Shown one piece after another: positions 23,970 to 36,878 of a stretch of 64,000 nucleotides of DNA; positions within the stretch are counted from its first letter, which is position 1, and the number at the start of each line of letters is the position of its first letter. Origin of the DNA: Haplodiscus bocki (lineage: Eukaryota); assembly GCA_965655095.1 (NCBI GenBank), contig OZ296649.1:87792001-87856000 (forward strand), given 5' to 3'. The notes beneath the pieces were generated by a model. It ran no database searches and was not told the DNA's origin. It was given only the letters and a program-made list of their open reading frames with translations. A program made the position numbers and the translations under genes.

Positions 23970-26900
23970 AGGGAGAAAAATACGTTCTCACCCAAAAACA
24001 AACGTCCGAGAAAAAGATTTTTTTCTTGGGGTTATCAACGATTACTTAAGTAAAACCTTTCGTAATTTTGCTGTACAGCTCCGATTAGGCTCAAACACAC
24101 AGGATAGCCGCTTAATTCAACGCACAACGTGAAGGGGTTGCAATGATAAAAAAAGCAACTTTATGAATAAAAAAAATTTCAGCCAAAAAAATGGGTCCTC
24201 AGGTCAACACTTAAACGCTTCGCAACTTTACTGTATGACTTCGATGATGCTCAAACTCACAGAATAACCGCCCAAGTAGATCCGCAATGTGTTGCGGCAT
24301 TAAAAATGGCAACTTTACGAAAAACCAATTGCGTTTTGAGCCGGAAAAGGTCAAAAAATGGGTTTTTTGGTGTTCTCACGTCTGCAATAAAAGGCTTCGG
24401 ATTATTGCTGTCATACCCTGATTATGCTCAAACTCACTGGCTAGCCGCTTAATTGGATGCGCAAGCTGCTGCGATCTTAAAAATGACAACTCTACCGAGA
24501 AAAAATTGCGTTTTGAGCCGGAAGACGTCAAAGAATGGGTTTTTTGGGGTCCTCCAGTCTGCACTAAAACGCTTCGGATTTTTACTGTAAGACCCCAATG
24601 ATGGCCAAACTCACAGGACAGTCTTCCAAAAGGATGCTCAAGGTGATGCGATTTCAAATAGGCAACTTTATTTGGAAAAAAAATTGCGTATTGAGCCGGA
24701 AAACGTCAAAAAATGAATCTGCGGGCAAGACCGCAACGACGTCTAAACATTCTCAAAACCACAAATTGAGCAAATATATCCTTTATAAAGATGTTCAGGT
24801 ATCTGCATGCAACTTTTCAGCTCAAAAACATCATTTTTCGTGACGTACGAAAGCTTCCAAGTTGGACAAATTGGCCCATTATGGGTCCTTTTGGAAATGC
24901 GTGTTTTACCACATCTAAACCTCGCAATTGGGTGCTGTTACGCTGCGGAGACCTCTCACTAAACATGTTGAAGGTGTACCAAAGGGTTCAACATGTTTGA
25001 GTAGAAAAAAATGCGTTTTGAGCCAAAATACGTCAGAAAATTGCGTTTTTTGGGGTCCTCAGGTCTGCACTAGAAGGCTTCTGAAATTTACTGTATGACT
25101 TCGACGATGCTCAAACTCACAGGATAGACGCCCAATTGGATGCGCAAGCTGCTGCGATCTTAAAAAAGGCAACTCTACCGAGAAAAAATTGCGTTTTGAG
25201 CCGGAAGACGTCAAAGAATGGGTTTTTTTGGGGTCCTCACGTCTGCAATAAAACGCTTCGGAATTTTACTGTAAGACCCCAATGATGGTCAAACTCACAG
25301 GACAGTCTTCCAAGAGGATGCTCAAGGTGATGAGATTTCAAAAAGGCAACTTTATTTGGAAAAAAATTGCGTATTGAGCCGGAAAACGTCAAAAAATGAA
25401 TCTGCGGGCAAGACCGCAACGACGTCTAAACATTCTCAAAACCACAAATTGAGCAAATAAATCCTTTATAAAGATGTTCAGGTATTTGCATGCAACTTTT
25501 CAGCTCAAAAACATCATTTTTCGTGACGTACGAAAGCTTCCAATTTGGACAAGTTGGCCCATTATGGGTCCTTTTGGAAATGCGTGTTTTACCACATCTA
25601 AACCTCGCCATTGGGTGCTGTTACGCTCCGCAGACCTCTCACTTAAGATGTTGAAGGTGTACCAAAGGGTTCAACATGTTTGAGTAGAAAAAAATGCGTT
25701 TTGAGCCAAAGTACGTCAAAAAAATGCGTTTTTTGGGGTCCTCAGGTCTGCACTGAAAGGCTTCGGAATTTACTGTATGACTTCGATGATGCTCAAACTC
25801 ACAGGATAGACACCCAATTGGATGCGCAAGGTGCTGCGATCTTGAAAATGGCAACTCTACCGAGATAAAATTGCGTTTTGAGCCGGAAAACGTCAAAGAA
25901 TGGGTTTTTTGGGGTCCTCAAGGCTGCACTTAAACGCTTCGGAAAATTACTGTAAGACCCTGATGATGCTCAAGCTCACTGGATAGCCTCCCAATTTGAT
26001 TCGCAAGGTGTGGCTACAATAAAAGAGATTAACTCATGAGGGAAAATTGCTTTTTGAGCCAAAAAAACTTCGAAATAAAACTGGTTTTCTGGGGTCTTCT
26101 GACATTACCCCAGTGAAACCCTTCGTAATATGGCTGCACTGCTCCGATCGCGCTCAAACCACAAGATAGCCAACAATTTGATAGTAGAACGTGTGCCAGC
26201 AATAAAAAAGGTAACTTACTAATCATTCACCTCGAAAAAACTTGCAAAGAACACTTAAGGGCTAAGCCGGCTACCTATTCGCTGCTTAAAAATCAATCTG
26301 CGGGCAAGACCGCAACAACGTCTAAACGTTCACAAAACCACAAATTGAGTAAATAGATCTTTTATAAAGCTGTTCAGGTATCTGCATGCAACTTTTCAGC
26401 TCAAAAACATCATTTTTCGTGACGTACGAAAGCTTCCAATTTGGACAAGTTGGCCCATTATGGGTCCTTTTGGAAATGCGTGTTTTAATACACCTAAGCC
26501 ATGCAATCCGGTGCCGTAAAGCTCCGCAGACCTCTCACTTAAGATGTTGAAGGTGTACCAAAGGGTTCAACATGTTTGAGTAGAAAAAAATGCGTTTTGA
26601 GCCAAAGTACGTCAAAAAATTGCGTTTTTTGGGGTCCTCAGGTCTGCACTGAAAGGCTTCGGAATTTACTGTATGACTTCGATGATGCTCAAACTCACAG
26701 GATAGACACCCAATTGGATGAGCAAGGTGCTGCGATCTTGAAAATGGCAACTCTACCGAGATAAAATTGCGTTTTGAGCCGGAAAACGTCAAAGAATGGG
26801 TTTTTTGGGGTCCTCAAGGCTGCACTTAAACGCTTCGGAAAATTACTGTAAGACCCTGATGATGCTCAAGCTCACTGGATAGCCGCCCAATTGGATTCGC

Positions 26901-29900
26901 AAGGTGTGGCGACAATAAAAGAGATTAACTCATGGGGGAAATTGCTTTTTGAGCCAAAAAACTTCGAAAAAAAACTGGTTTTCTGGGGTCTTCTGACATT
27001 ACCCCAGTGAAACCCTTCGTAATATGGCTGCACTGCTCCGATCGCGCTCAAACCACAAGATAGCCAACAATTTGATAGTAGAACGTGTGCCAGCAATAAA
27101 AAAGGTAACTTACTAATCATTCAACTCGAAAAAACTTGCAAAGAACACTTAAGGGCTAAGCCGGCTACCTATTCGCTGCTTAAAAATGAATCTGCGGGCA
27201 AGACCGCAACAACGTCTAAACGTTCTCAAAACCATAAATTGAGTAGATAGATCTTTTATAAAGCTGTTCAGGTATCTGCATGCAACTTTTCAGCTCAAAA
27301 ACATCATTTTTCGTGACGTACGAAAGCTTCCAATTTGGACAAGTTGGCCCATTATGGGTCCTTTTGGAAATGCGTGTTTTAATACACCTAAGCCTTGCAA
27401 TCCGGTGCCGTAAAGCTCCGGAGACCTCTCACTAAAGATGTTGAAGGTGTACCAAAGGGTTCAACATGTTTGAGTAGAAAAAAATGCGTTTTGAGCCAAA
27501 ATACGTCAAAAAATTGCGTTTTTTGGGGTCCTCAGGTCTGCACTAGAAGGCTTCTGAAATTTACTGTATGACTTCGATGATGCTCAAACTCACGGGATAG
27601 ACGCCCAATTGGATGCTCAAGCTGCTGCGATCTTAAAAAAGGCAACTCTACCGAGAAAAAATTGCGTTTTGAGCCGGAAGACGTCAAAGAATGGGTTTTT
27701 TGGGGTCCTCCAGTCTGCACTAAAACGCTTCGGAATTTTACTGTAAGACCCTGATGATGCTCAAGCTCACTGGATAGCCACCCAATTGGATTCGCAAGGT
27801 GTGTCGACAATAAAAGAGACTAACTCATGAGGGAAAATTGCTTTTTGAGCCAAAAAACTTCGAAAAAAAACTGGTTTTCTGGGGTCTTCCGACATTACCC
27901 CAGTGAAACCCTTCGTAATATGGCTGCACTGCTCCGATCGGGCTCAAACCACAAGATAGCCAACAATTTGATAGTAGAACGTGTGCTAGCAATAAAAAAG
28001 GTAACTTACTAATCATTCAACTCGAAAAAACTTGCAAAGAACACTTAAGGGCTAAGCCGGCTACCTATTCGCTGCTTAAAAATAAATCTGCGGGCAAGAC
28101 CGCAACAACGTCTAAACGTTCTCAAAACCATAAATTGAGTAGATAGATCTTTTATAAAGCTGTTCAGGTATCTGCATGCAACTTTTCAGCTCAAAAACAT
28201 CATTTTTCGTGACGTACGAAAGCTTCCAATTTGGACAAGTTGGCCCATTATGGGTCCTTTTGGAAATGCGTGTTTTAATACACCTAAGCCTTGCAATCCG
28301 GTGCCGTAAAGCTCCGGAGACCTCTCACTAAAGATGTTGAAGGTGTACCAAAGGGTTCAACATGTTTGAGTAGAAAAAAATGCGTTTTGAGCCAAAATAC
28401 GTCAAAAAATTGCGTTTTTTGGGGTCCTCAGGTCTGCACTAGAAGGCTTCTGAAATTTACTGTATGACTTCGATGATGCTCAAACTCACGGGATAGACGC
28501 CCAATTGGATGCTCAAGCTGCTGCGATCTTAAAAAAGGCAACTCTACCGAGAAAAAATTGCGTTTTGAGCCGGAAGACGTCAAAGAATGGGTTTTTTTGG
28601 GGTCCTCCAGTCTGCACTAAAACGCTTCGGAATTTACTGTAAGACCCCAATGATGCTCAAACTCACAGGACAGTCTTCGAAAAGGATGCTCAAGGTGATG
28701 AGATTTCAAAAAGGCAACTTTATTTGGAAAAAAATTGCGTATTGAGCCGGAAAACGTCAAAAAATGAATCTGCGGGCAAGACCGCAACGACGTCTAAACA
28801 ATCTCAAAACCACAAATTGAGCAAATATATCTTTTATAAAGATGTTTAGGTATCTGCATGCAATTTTTCAGCTCAAAAACATCATTTTTCGTGACGTACG
28901 AAAGCTTCCAATTTGGACAAGTTGGCCAATTATGGGTCCTTTTGGAAATGCGTGTTTTACCACATCCAAACCTCGCAATTGGGTGCTGTTACGCTCCGCA
29001 GACCTCTCACTTAAGATGTTGAAGGTGTATCAAAGGGTTCAACATGTTTGAGTAGAAAAAAATGCGTTTTGAGCTAAAGTACGTCAAAAAATTGCGTTTT
29101 TTGGGGTCCTCAGGTCTGCACTGAAAGGCTTCGGAATTTACTGTATGACTTCGATGATGCTCAAACTCACAGGATAGACACCCAATTGGATGCGCAAGGT
29201 GCTGCGATCTTGAAAATGGCAACTCTACCGAGATAAAATTGCGTTTTGAGCCGGAAAACGTCAAAGAATGGGTTTTTTGGGGTCCTCAAGGCTGCACTTA
29301 AACGCTTCGGAAAATTACTGTGAGACCCTGATGATGCTCAAACTAACTGGATAGCCGCCCAATTGGATTCGCAAGGTGTGGCGACAATAAGAGATTAACT
29401 CATGAGGGAAAATTGCTTTTTGAGCCAAAAAACTTCGAAAAAAAACTGGTTTTCTGGGGTCTTCTGACATTACCCCAGTGAAACCCTTCGTAATATGGCT
29501 GCACTGCTCTGATCGCACTCAAACCACAAGATAGCCAACAATTTCATAGTAGAACGTGTGCCAGCAATAGAAAAGGTAACTTACTAATCATTCAACTCGA
29601 AAAAACTTGCAAAGAACACTTAAGGTCTAAGCCGGCTACCTATTCGCTGCTTACAAATGAATCTGCGGGCAAGACCGCAACAACGTCTAAACATTCTCAA
29701 AACCATAAATTGACTAAATAGATCTTTTATAAAGCTGTTCAGGTATCTGCATGCAACTTTTCAGCTCAAAAACATCATTTTTCGTGACGTACGAAAGCTT
29801 CCAATTTGGACAAGTTGGCCCATTATGGGTCCTTTTGGAAATGCGTGTTTTAATACACCTAAGCCTTGCAATCCGGTGCCGTAAAGCTCCGGAGACCTCT

Positions 29901-30440
29901 CAATAAAGCTGTTGAAGGTGTACCAAAGGTTTCAACAAGTTTGAGTAGAAAAAAATGCGTTTTGAGCCAAAATACATAAAAAAATTGCGTTTTTTGGTGC
30001 CCTCAGGTCTGCACTAGAAGGCTTCTGAAATTTACTGTATGACTTCGATGATGCTAAAACTCACGGGATAGACGCCCAATTGGATGCGCAAGCTGCTGCG
30101 ATCTTAAAAAAGGCAACTCTACCGAGAAAAATTGCGTTTTGAGCCGGAAGACGTCAAAGAATGGGTTTTTTGGGGTCCTCCAGTCTGCACTAAAACGCTT
30201 CGGAATCTTACTGTAAGACCCTGATGATGCTCAAACTAACTGGATAGCCGCCCCATTGGATGCGCAAGGTGTGGCGACAATAACAGAGATAACCTTAAGA
30301 GGAAAAATTGTTTTTGAACCCAAAAAACGTCAAAAAAAATGGGTTTTGGGTTCCTCACGTCTGCACTGAAACGCATCGGATTTTTACTGTATGACTTCCA
30401 AGATGCTCAAACTCACAAAAATGCCGTCCACTTGATTCTA
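23970..30440. repeat. Satellite array S3: ~179-bp monomers in ~895-bp and ~683-bp higher-order units
   Basis: HOR spacer CATTTTTCGTGACGTACGAAAGCTTCC recurs about every 683-900 bp. ORF-track repeats start at 24791, 25474 and 28842. Confidence 0.95.
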
Positions 30441-31480
30441 GAAGTTGCAAAATCAGTAATTTGACGATGTATGGATATAAAAATTACATTTTGGGCGCTG
30501 GAATACCTGGGAAAGCATAACCTTTTGTTTCTCGACGATGCCTTACGTAATTCCTCATTTTGCGCATTTGTGGATATTTGTCACCTGTGCTACACACTAT
30601 TGTTCCTTTTCAGCTGTTCAGAGGCCTTCTACTGTGTATTCAGATCAAAACAAGGCTAACCCTGCCTTCCTCTGTCCTTGTAGCTGTATACAGGTATTCC
30701 GGAGTTTTTGGACACTCAAACGGGTATGGCTCGCATTTCCATGCATTTTCGATCATTTCTAGCCATTTACCACCTTTCTATGGGTTTTTAGAGGCTAGCC
30801 CTAATTTGGGACCTTCTGCTCCAGCCGGCTACTTTTTCGTTGTCGAAATTTTTATCGTAGCCATAGGGTTATGTGATTTTTGGGTTTGGCTCGATTAGCT
30901 GAGCTCGCCCTCGTTTTTTATCTTCGGGAGGTAACTAGAACCCGATTTCCATCAGGCTACCTTCTCGAGGGTCACGTGCTACCTTTTCGCTTAACGAAAA
31001 CGTAGCCGAGGGGCCGGCTACCTTTTCGTTTCTTGATCGCCCTGGCTCCGGCTACCTTTTCGCTAGTGTGCTGCGAAAAGGTAGCCGGGAGCATGGCCGT
31101 TTCCCAGATCGACTCCACAATAACAGCATGCTGCCGTTTCATGCAACGGATAGAAAAAAAGCTTGTCTCAGCCATAGTTGGCAGCAGGAGCCCATAGGAA
31201 AAAGATCGCGTTAGAATTTTTTGTAAAAATTATTTGTGGAACTCCAACGGTTTATTTATTCCTTCAGCTTTTTTATTCTTTTATCATCTATTCATGGCCC
31301 CTCAAGAAAGGTTAGTTTATTTAATTATTCATGTCTCAATTATTTAACGGTTAGGCGTTATGTGTAACGCGATAAACATTCGTATGAAGACACCACGACT
31401 AAACAACACATTTATGGATAATTGACAAATTTCGTGTCTATGTACCCTGAGTATTGACTTTCAATTATTTTTTTTCTATC
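30440..31480. mobile_element. Putative element end block, copy A, with clustered GGCTACCTTTTCG motifs and a 16-9-16 inverted repeat
   Basis: Motif copies at 30824, 30955, 30978, 30995(-), 31013, 31048 and 31073(-). The satellite stops at its left edge and a 5'-truncated Gypsy gag begins at its right edge. Exact terminus not determined. Confidence 0.5.
31048..31088. other. Perfect 16-bp inverted repeat with 9-bp spacer; candidate recombinase site
   Basis: CCGGCTACCTTTTCGC-TAGTGTGCT-GCGAAAAGGTAGCCGG, identical at 35096-35136 and 47512-47552. Confidence 0.6.
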
Positions 31481-31502
31481 AATAGAAAAAAACTTAACAG
31501 CA

Positions 31503-32480
31503 ATGGTTATCGATTCAGTTGAAGAAACCGAAGCTTTAGAGAATGAAAACACCAACAGAGAGCTCGAAAGTAGGAAAGCAAAAGCTTCTTCAACGCCTGG
31601 CAAGCAGGCCGGTGGGCCATCAGCTTTTGGCGGTCATTTTCCACAATTATTGGAGGTTGACTAACTTTTGCTCCACCTGTAGCAACCTGCTTAACAGGTT
31701 TCTCACAATCACTTCCGTCATGATTGATGCCAGAACCGTTCAACGGATCGGGAGAATGTGAGGACTACTTGGGTCAATTTAACATTGCCGCATATCTGTC
31801 GGGCTGGTATCGCCAATGTTCACACAATTATCGACCTCAATATTTTGCGCTCCGATTAAAAGGCAATGCACTTCATTTTTTTTTCAACTTTCAGAGGACC
31901 ACCAACATGACTTCCACATTCTGGTGGATGCTTTCCGTCAAAATTACACCACAAACGTAGAAATTTTGAAAGCTCGACCGAAGGCCGCCAGGCAACAACC
32001 TGGACACGACGTCACCACATTTCATTGCAACATTAGCACGTTAGCCCGCAGCGCTCATCGCGACAACCCGCATTTACTTAAACAAATTGTCGTAACTAGC
32101 TTCATTGAAGGCATAAATAACTCTACCCTCTGATCGGAATTGAGAAACCTGAAACCTGAGAACGATGACCATGCCTTGACAAAAGCACCCGAACTCCAGG
32201 CGTACCTGGAATTAGAGGAACGAAACCCCATTGGGACTGCCATCGGCAGTTCCCCTGGTGTGAATCATATGAAAATTCAGTTCCCGATAGCAAAAACACA
32301 GTTATTTTTGACCAATTTGTCCGGTCGCCCCAAAGAGACACCGATAACGTTCCGAAGAATCGCAACCGAGGATCACGCGAGAATTCTCGTGGCGGAGAGC
32401 GAGAAAGAAACGGCTCCATGGACAGAAGCCAGAATGACTCACGAGAGAACAGAAAAAGCAGATAGTAACTGACACGAGAC
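31503..32480 (+). pseudogene. gag: Truncated Gypsy gag fragment, copy A
   Basis: MPEPFNGSGECEDYLGQFNIAAYLSGWY..PQYFALRLKGNA. Same sequence as 47967-48945; breaks into satellite after ..ACACGAGAC. Confidence 0.8.
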
Positions 32481-34490
32481 CCTGATGATGCTCAAACTAA
32501 CTGGATAGCCGCCCAATTGGATTCGCAAGGTGTGGCGACAATAAGAGATTAACTCATGAGGGAAAATTGCTTTTTGAGCCAAAAAACTTCGAAAAAAAAA
32601 CTGGTTTTCTGGGGTCTTCTGACATTACCCCAGTGAAACCCTTCGTAATATGGCTGCACTGCTCTGATCGCACTCAAACCACAAGATAGCCAACAATTTC
32701 ATAGTAGAACGTGTGCCAGCAATAGAAAAGGTAACTTACTAATCATTCAACTCGAAAAAACTTGCAAAGAACACTTAAGGTCTAAGCCGGCTACCTATTC
32801 GCTGCTTACAAATGAATCTGCGGGCAAGACCGCAACAACGTCTAAACATTCTCAAAACCATAAATTGACTAAATAGATCTTTTATAAAGCTGTTCAGGTA
32901 TCTGCATGCAACTTTTCAGCTCAAAAACATCATTTTTCGTGACGTACGAAAGCTTCCAATTTGGACAAGTTGGCCCATTATGGGTCCTTTTGGAAATGCG
33001 TGTTTTAATACACCTAAGCCTTGCAATCCGGTGCCGTAAAGCTCCGGAGACCTCTCAATAAAGCTGTTGAAGGTGTACCAAAGGTTTCAACAAGTTTGAG
33101 TAGAAAAAAATGCGTTTTGAGCCAAAATACATAAAAAAATTGCGTTTTTTGGTGCCCTCAGGTCTGCACTAGAAGGCTTCGGAATTTACTGTATGACTTC
33201 GATGATGCTCAAACTCACAGGATAGACACCCAATTGGATGCGCAAGGTGCTGCGATCTTGAAAATGGCAACTCTACCGAGATAAAATTGCGTTTTGAGCC
33301 GGAAAACGTCAAAGAATGGGTTTTTTGGGGTCCTCAAGGCTGCACTTAAACGCTTCGGAAAATTACTGTGAGACCCTGATGATGCTCAAACTAACTGGAT
33401 AGCCGCCCAATTGGATTCGCAAGGTGTGGCGACAATAAGAGATTAACTCATGAGGGAAAATTGCTTTTTGAGCCAAAAAACTTCGAAAAAAAACTGGTTT
33501 TCTGGGGTCTTCTGACATTACCCCAGTGAAACCCTTCGTAATATGGCTGCACTGCTCTGATCGCACTCAAACCACAAGATAGCCAACAATTTCATAGTAG
33601 AACGTGTGCCAGCAATAGAAAAGGTAACTTACTAATCATTCAACTCGAAAAAACTTGCAAAGAACACTTAAGGTCTAAGCCGGCTACCTATTCGCTGCTT
33701 ACAAATGAATCTGCGGGCAAGACCGCAACAACGTCTAAACATTCTCAAAACCATAAATTGACTAAATAGATCTTTTATAAAGCTGTTCAGGTATCTGCAT
33801 GCAACTTTTCAGCTCAAAAACATCATTTTTCGTGACGTACGAAAGCTTCCAATTTGGACAAGTTGGCCCATTATGGGTCCTTTTGGAAATGCGTGTTTTA
33901 ATACACCTAAGCCTTGCAATCCGGTGCCGTAAAGCTCCGGAGACCTCTCAATAAAGCTGTTGAAGGTGTACCAAAGGTTTCAACAAGTTTGAGTAGAAAA
34001 AAATGCGTTTTGAGCCAAAATACATAAAAAAATTGCGTTTTTTGGTGCCCTCAGGTCTGCACTAGAAGGCTTCTGAAATTTACTGTATGACTTCGATGAT
34101 GCTAAAACTCACGGGATAGACGCCCAATTGGATGCGCAAGCTGCTGCGATCTTAAAAAAGGCAACTCTACCGAGAAAAATTGCGTTTTGAGCCGGAAGAC
34201 GTCAAAGAATGGGTTTTTTGGGGTCCTCCAGTCTGCACTAAAACGCTTCGGAATCTTACTGTAAGACCCTGATGATGCTCAAACTAACTGGATAGCCGCC
34301 CCATTGGATGCGCAAGGTGTGGCGACAATAACAGAGATAACCTTAAGAGGAAAAATTGTTTTTGAACCCAAAAAACGTCAAAAAAAATGGGTTTTGGGTT
34401 CCTCACGTCTGCACTGAAACGCATCGGATTTTTACTGTATGACTTCCAAGATGCTCAAACTCACAAAAATGCCGTCCACTTGATTCTAGA
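32481..34490. repeat. Satellite array S4
   Basis: Duplicate of ~29327-30440 with one extra HOR unit, giving an offset of 4048 bp between end blocks A and B. Confidence 0.95.
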
Positions 34491-35528
34491 AGTTGCAAAA
34501 TCAGTAATTTGACGATGTATGGATATAAAAATTACATTTTGGGCGCTGGAATACCTGGGAAAGCATAACCTTTTGTTTCTCGACGATGCCTTACGTAATT
34601 CCTCATTTTGCGCATTTGTGGATATTTGTCACCTGTGCTACACACTATTGTTCCTTTTCAGCTGTTCAGAGGCCTTCTACTGTGTATTCAGATCAAAACA
34701 AGGCTAACCCTGCCTTCCTCTGTCCTTGTAGCTGTATACAGGTATTCCGGAGTTTTTGGACACTCAAACGGGTATGGCTCGCATTTCCATGCATTTTCGA
34801 TCATTTCTAGCCATTTACCACCTTTCTATGGGTTTTTAGAGGCTAGCCCTAATTTGGGACCTTCTGCTCCAGCCGGCTACTTTTTCGTTGTCGAAATTTT
34901 TATCGTAGCCATAGGGTTATGTGATTTTTGGGTTTGGCTCGATTAGCTGAGCTCGCCCTCGTTTTTTATCTTCGGGAGGTAACTAGAACCCGATTTCCAT
35001 CAGGCTACCTTCTCGAGGGTCACGTGCTACCTTTTCGCTTAACGAAAACGTAGCCGAGGGGCCGGCTACCTTTTCGTTTCTTGATCGCCCTGGCTCCGGC
35101 TACCTTTTCGCTAGTGTGCTGCGAAAAGGTAGCCGGGAGCATGGCCGTTTCCCAGATCGACTCCACAATAACAGCATGCTGCCGTTTCATGCAACGGATA
35201 GAAAAAAAGCTTGTCTCAGCCATAGTTGGCAGCAGGAGCCCATAGGAAAAAGATCGCGTTAGAATTTTTTGTAAAAATTATTTGTGGAACTCCAACGGTT
35301 TATTTATTCCTTCAGCTTTTTTATTCTTTTATCATCTATTCATGGCCCCTCAAGAAAGGTTAGTTTATTTAATTATTCATGTCTCAATTATTTAACGGTT
35401 AGGCGTTATGTGTAACGCGATAAACATTCGTATGAAGACACCACGACTAAACAACACATTTATGGATAATTGACAAATTTCGTGTCTATGTACCCTGAGT
35501 ATTGACTTTCAATTATTTTTTTTCCATC
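34490..35528. mobile_element. Putative element end block, copy B
   Basis: Essentially identical to 30440-31480. Confidence 0.5.
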
Positions 35529-35550
35529 AATAGAAAAAAACTTAACAGCA

Positions 35551-36524
35551 ATGGTTATCGATTCAGTTGAAGAAACCGAAGCTTTAGAGAATGAAAACAC
35601 CAACAGAGAGCTCGAAAGTAGGAAAGCAAAAGCTTCTTCAACGCCTGGCAAGCAGGCCGGTGGGCCATCAGCTTTTGGCGGTCATTTTCCACAATTATTG
35701 GAGGTTGACTAACTTTTGCTCCACCTGTAGCAACCTGCTTAACAGGTTTCTCACAATCACTTCCGTCATGATTGATGCCAGAACCGTTTAACGGATCGGG
35801 AGATTGTGAGGACTACTTGGGTCAATTTAACATTGCCGCAAATCTGTCGGGCTGGTATCGCCAATGTTCACACAATTAACGACCTCAATATTTTGCGCTC
35901 CGATTGAAAGGCAATGCACTTCATTTTTTTCAACTTTCAGAGGACCACCAACATGACTTCCACATTCTGGTGGATTCTTTCGGTCAAAATTACACCACAA
36001 ACGTAGAAATTTTGAAAGCTCGACCGAAGGCCGCCAGGCAACAACCTGGACACGACGTCGCCACATTTCATTGCAACATTAGCACGTTAGCCCGCCGCGC
36101 TCATCGCGACAACCCGCATTTACTTAAACAAATTGTCGTAACTAGCTTCATTGAAGGCATAAATAACTCTACCCTCCGATCGGAATTGAGAAAGCTGAAA
36201 CCTGAGAACGATGACCATGCCTTGACAAAAGCACTCGAACTCCAGGCGTACCTGGAAATAGAGGGACGAAACCCCAATGGGACTGCCATCGGCAGTTCCC
36301 CTGGTGTGAATCATATGAAAAATCAGTTCCTGATAGCAAAAACAGTTATTTTTGACCAATTTGTCCGGTCGCCCCAAAGAGACACCGATAACGTTCCGAA
36401 GAATCGCAACCGAGAATCACGCGAGAATTCTCGTGGCGGAGAGCGAGACAGAAACGGCTCCATGGACAGAAGCCAGAATGACTCACGAGAGAACAGAAAA
36501 AGCAGATAGTAACTGACACGAGAC
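35551..36524 (+). pseudogene. gag: Truncated Gypsy gag fragment, copy B (less decayed; ORF 35904-36509)
   Basis: LKGNALHFFQLSEDHQHDF..LKARPKAARQQPG..SFIEGINNSTLRSELRKLKP. Ends at the same ACACGAGAC breakpoint as copy A. Confidence 0.8.
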
Positions 36525-36878
36525 TCCGATGATGCTCAAACTGACAGGATAGCCACCCAAGTAGATGCGCAAGGTGTTGCAACAATAAAAAAGGCAACTT
36601 TATGGAGAAAAAAATTGCGTTTTGAGCCAAAAACCGTAAAAAAATGGGTTTTTCGGGGTATTCAGGTCTACACTAAGACGCTTCGGAATTGCACCGTATT
36701 ACTCCGATGGTGCTCAAACTCACAGGATAGCCAGTCAAGTAGATGCGCAAGATGTTGCAACAATGAAAAGGCAGCTTTATGCAGAAAAAAATTGCGTTCT
36801 GAGCCAAAAACCGTTAAAAAAATGGGTTTTTTGGGGTAATCAGGTCTACACTAAGACGCTTCGGAATTTCACCGTATT
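36525..36878. repeat. Satellite array S5 (two monomers)
   Basis: Equivalent to 2145-2498 and 16105-16458. Confidence 0.9.

Noticed and set aside
23970-30440. CRISPR array or coding ORFs within the satellite
   Set aside because: Units are contiguous diverged tandem monomers without unique spacers, and there are no cas genes. The 60-120 aa ORFs are repeat-derived and inconsistent between copies.
31048-31088. Helitron 3' hairpin or rho-independent terminator
   Set aside because: No CTRR end shortly downstream, no Rep/helicase in the window, no U-tract, and the context is eukaryotic.
31355-31370. GCGTTA-TGTG-TAACGC palindrome as the element terminus or LTR start
   Set aside because: Arms are only 6 bp, the adjacent sequence does not resemble the 3' LTR at 58715, and there is no independent support.
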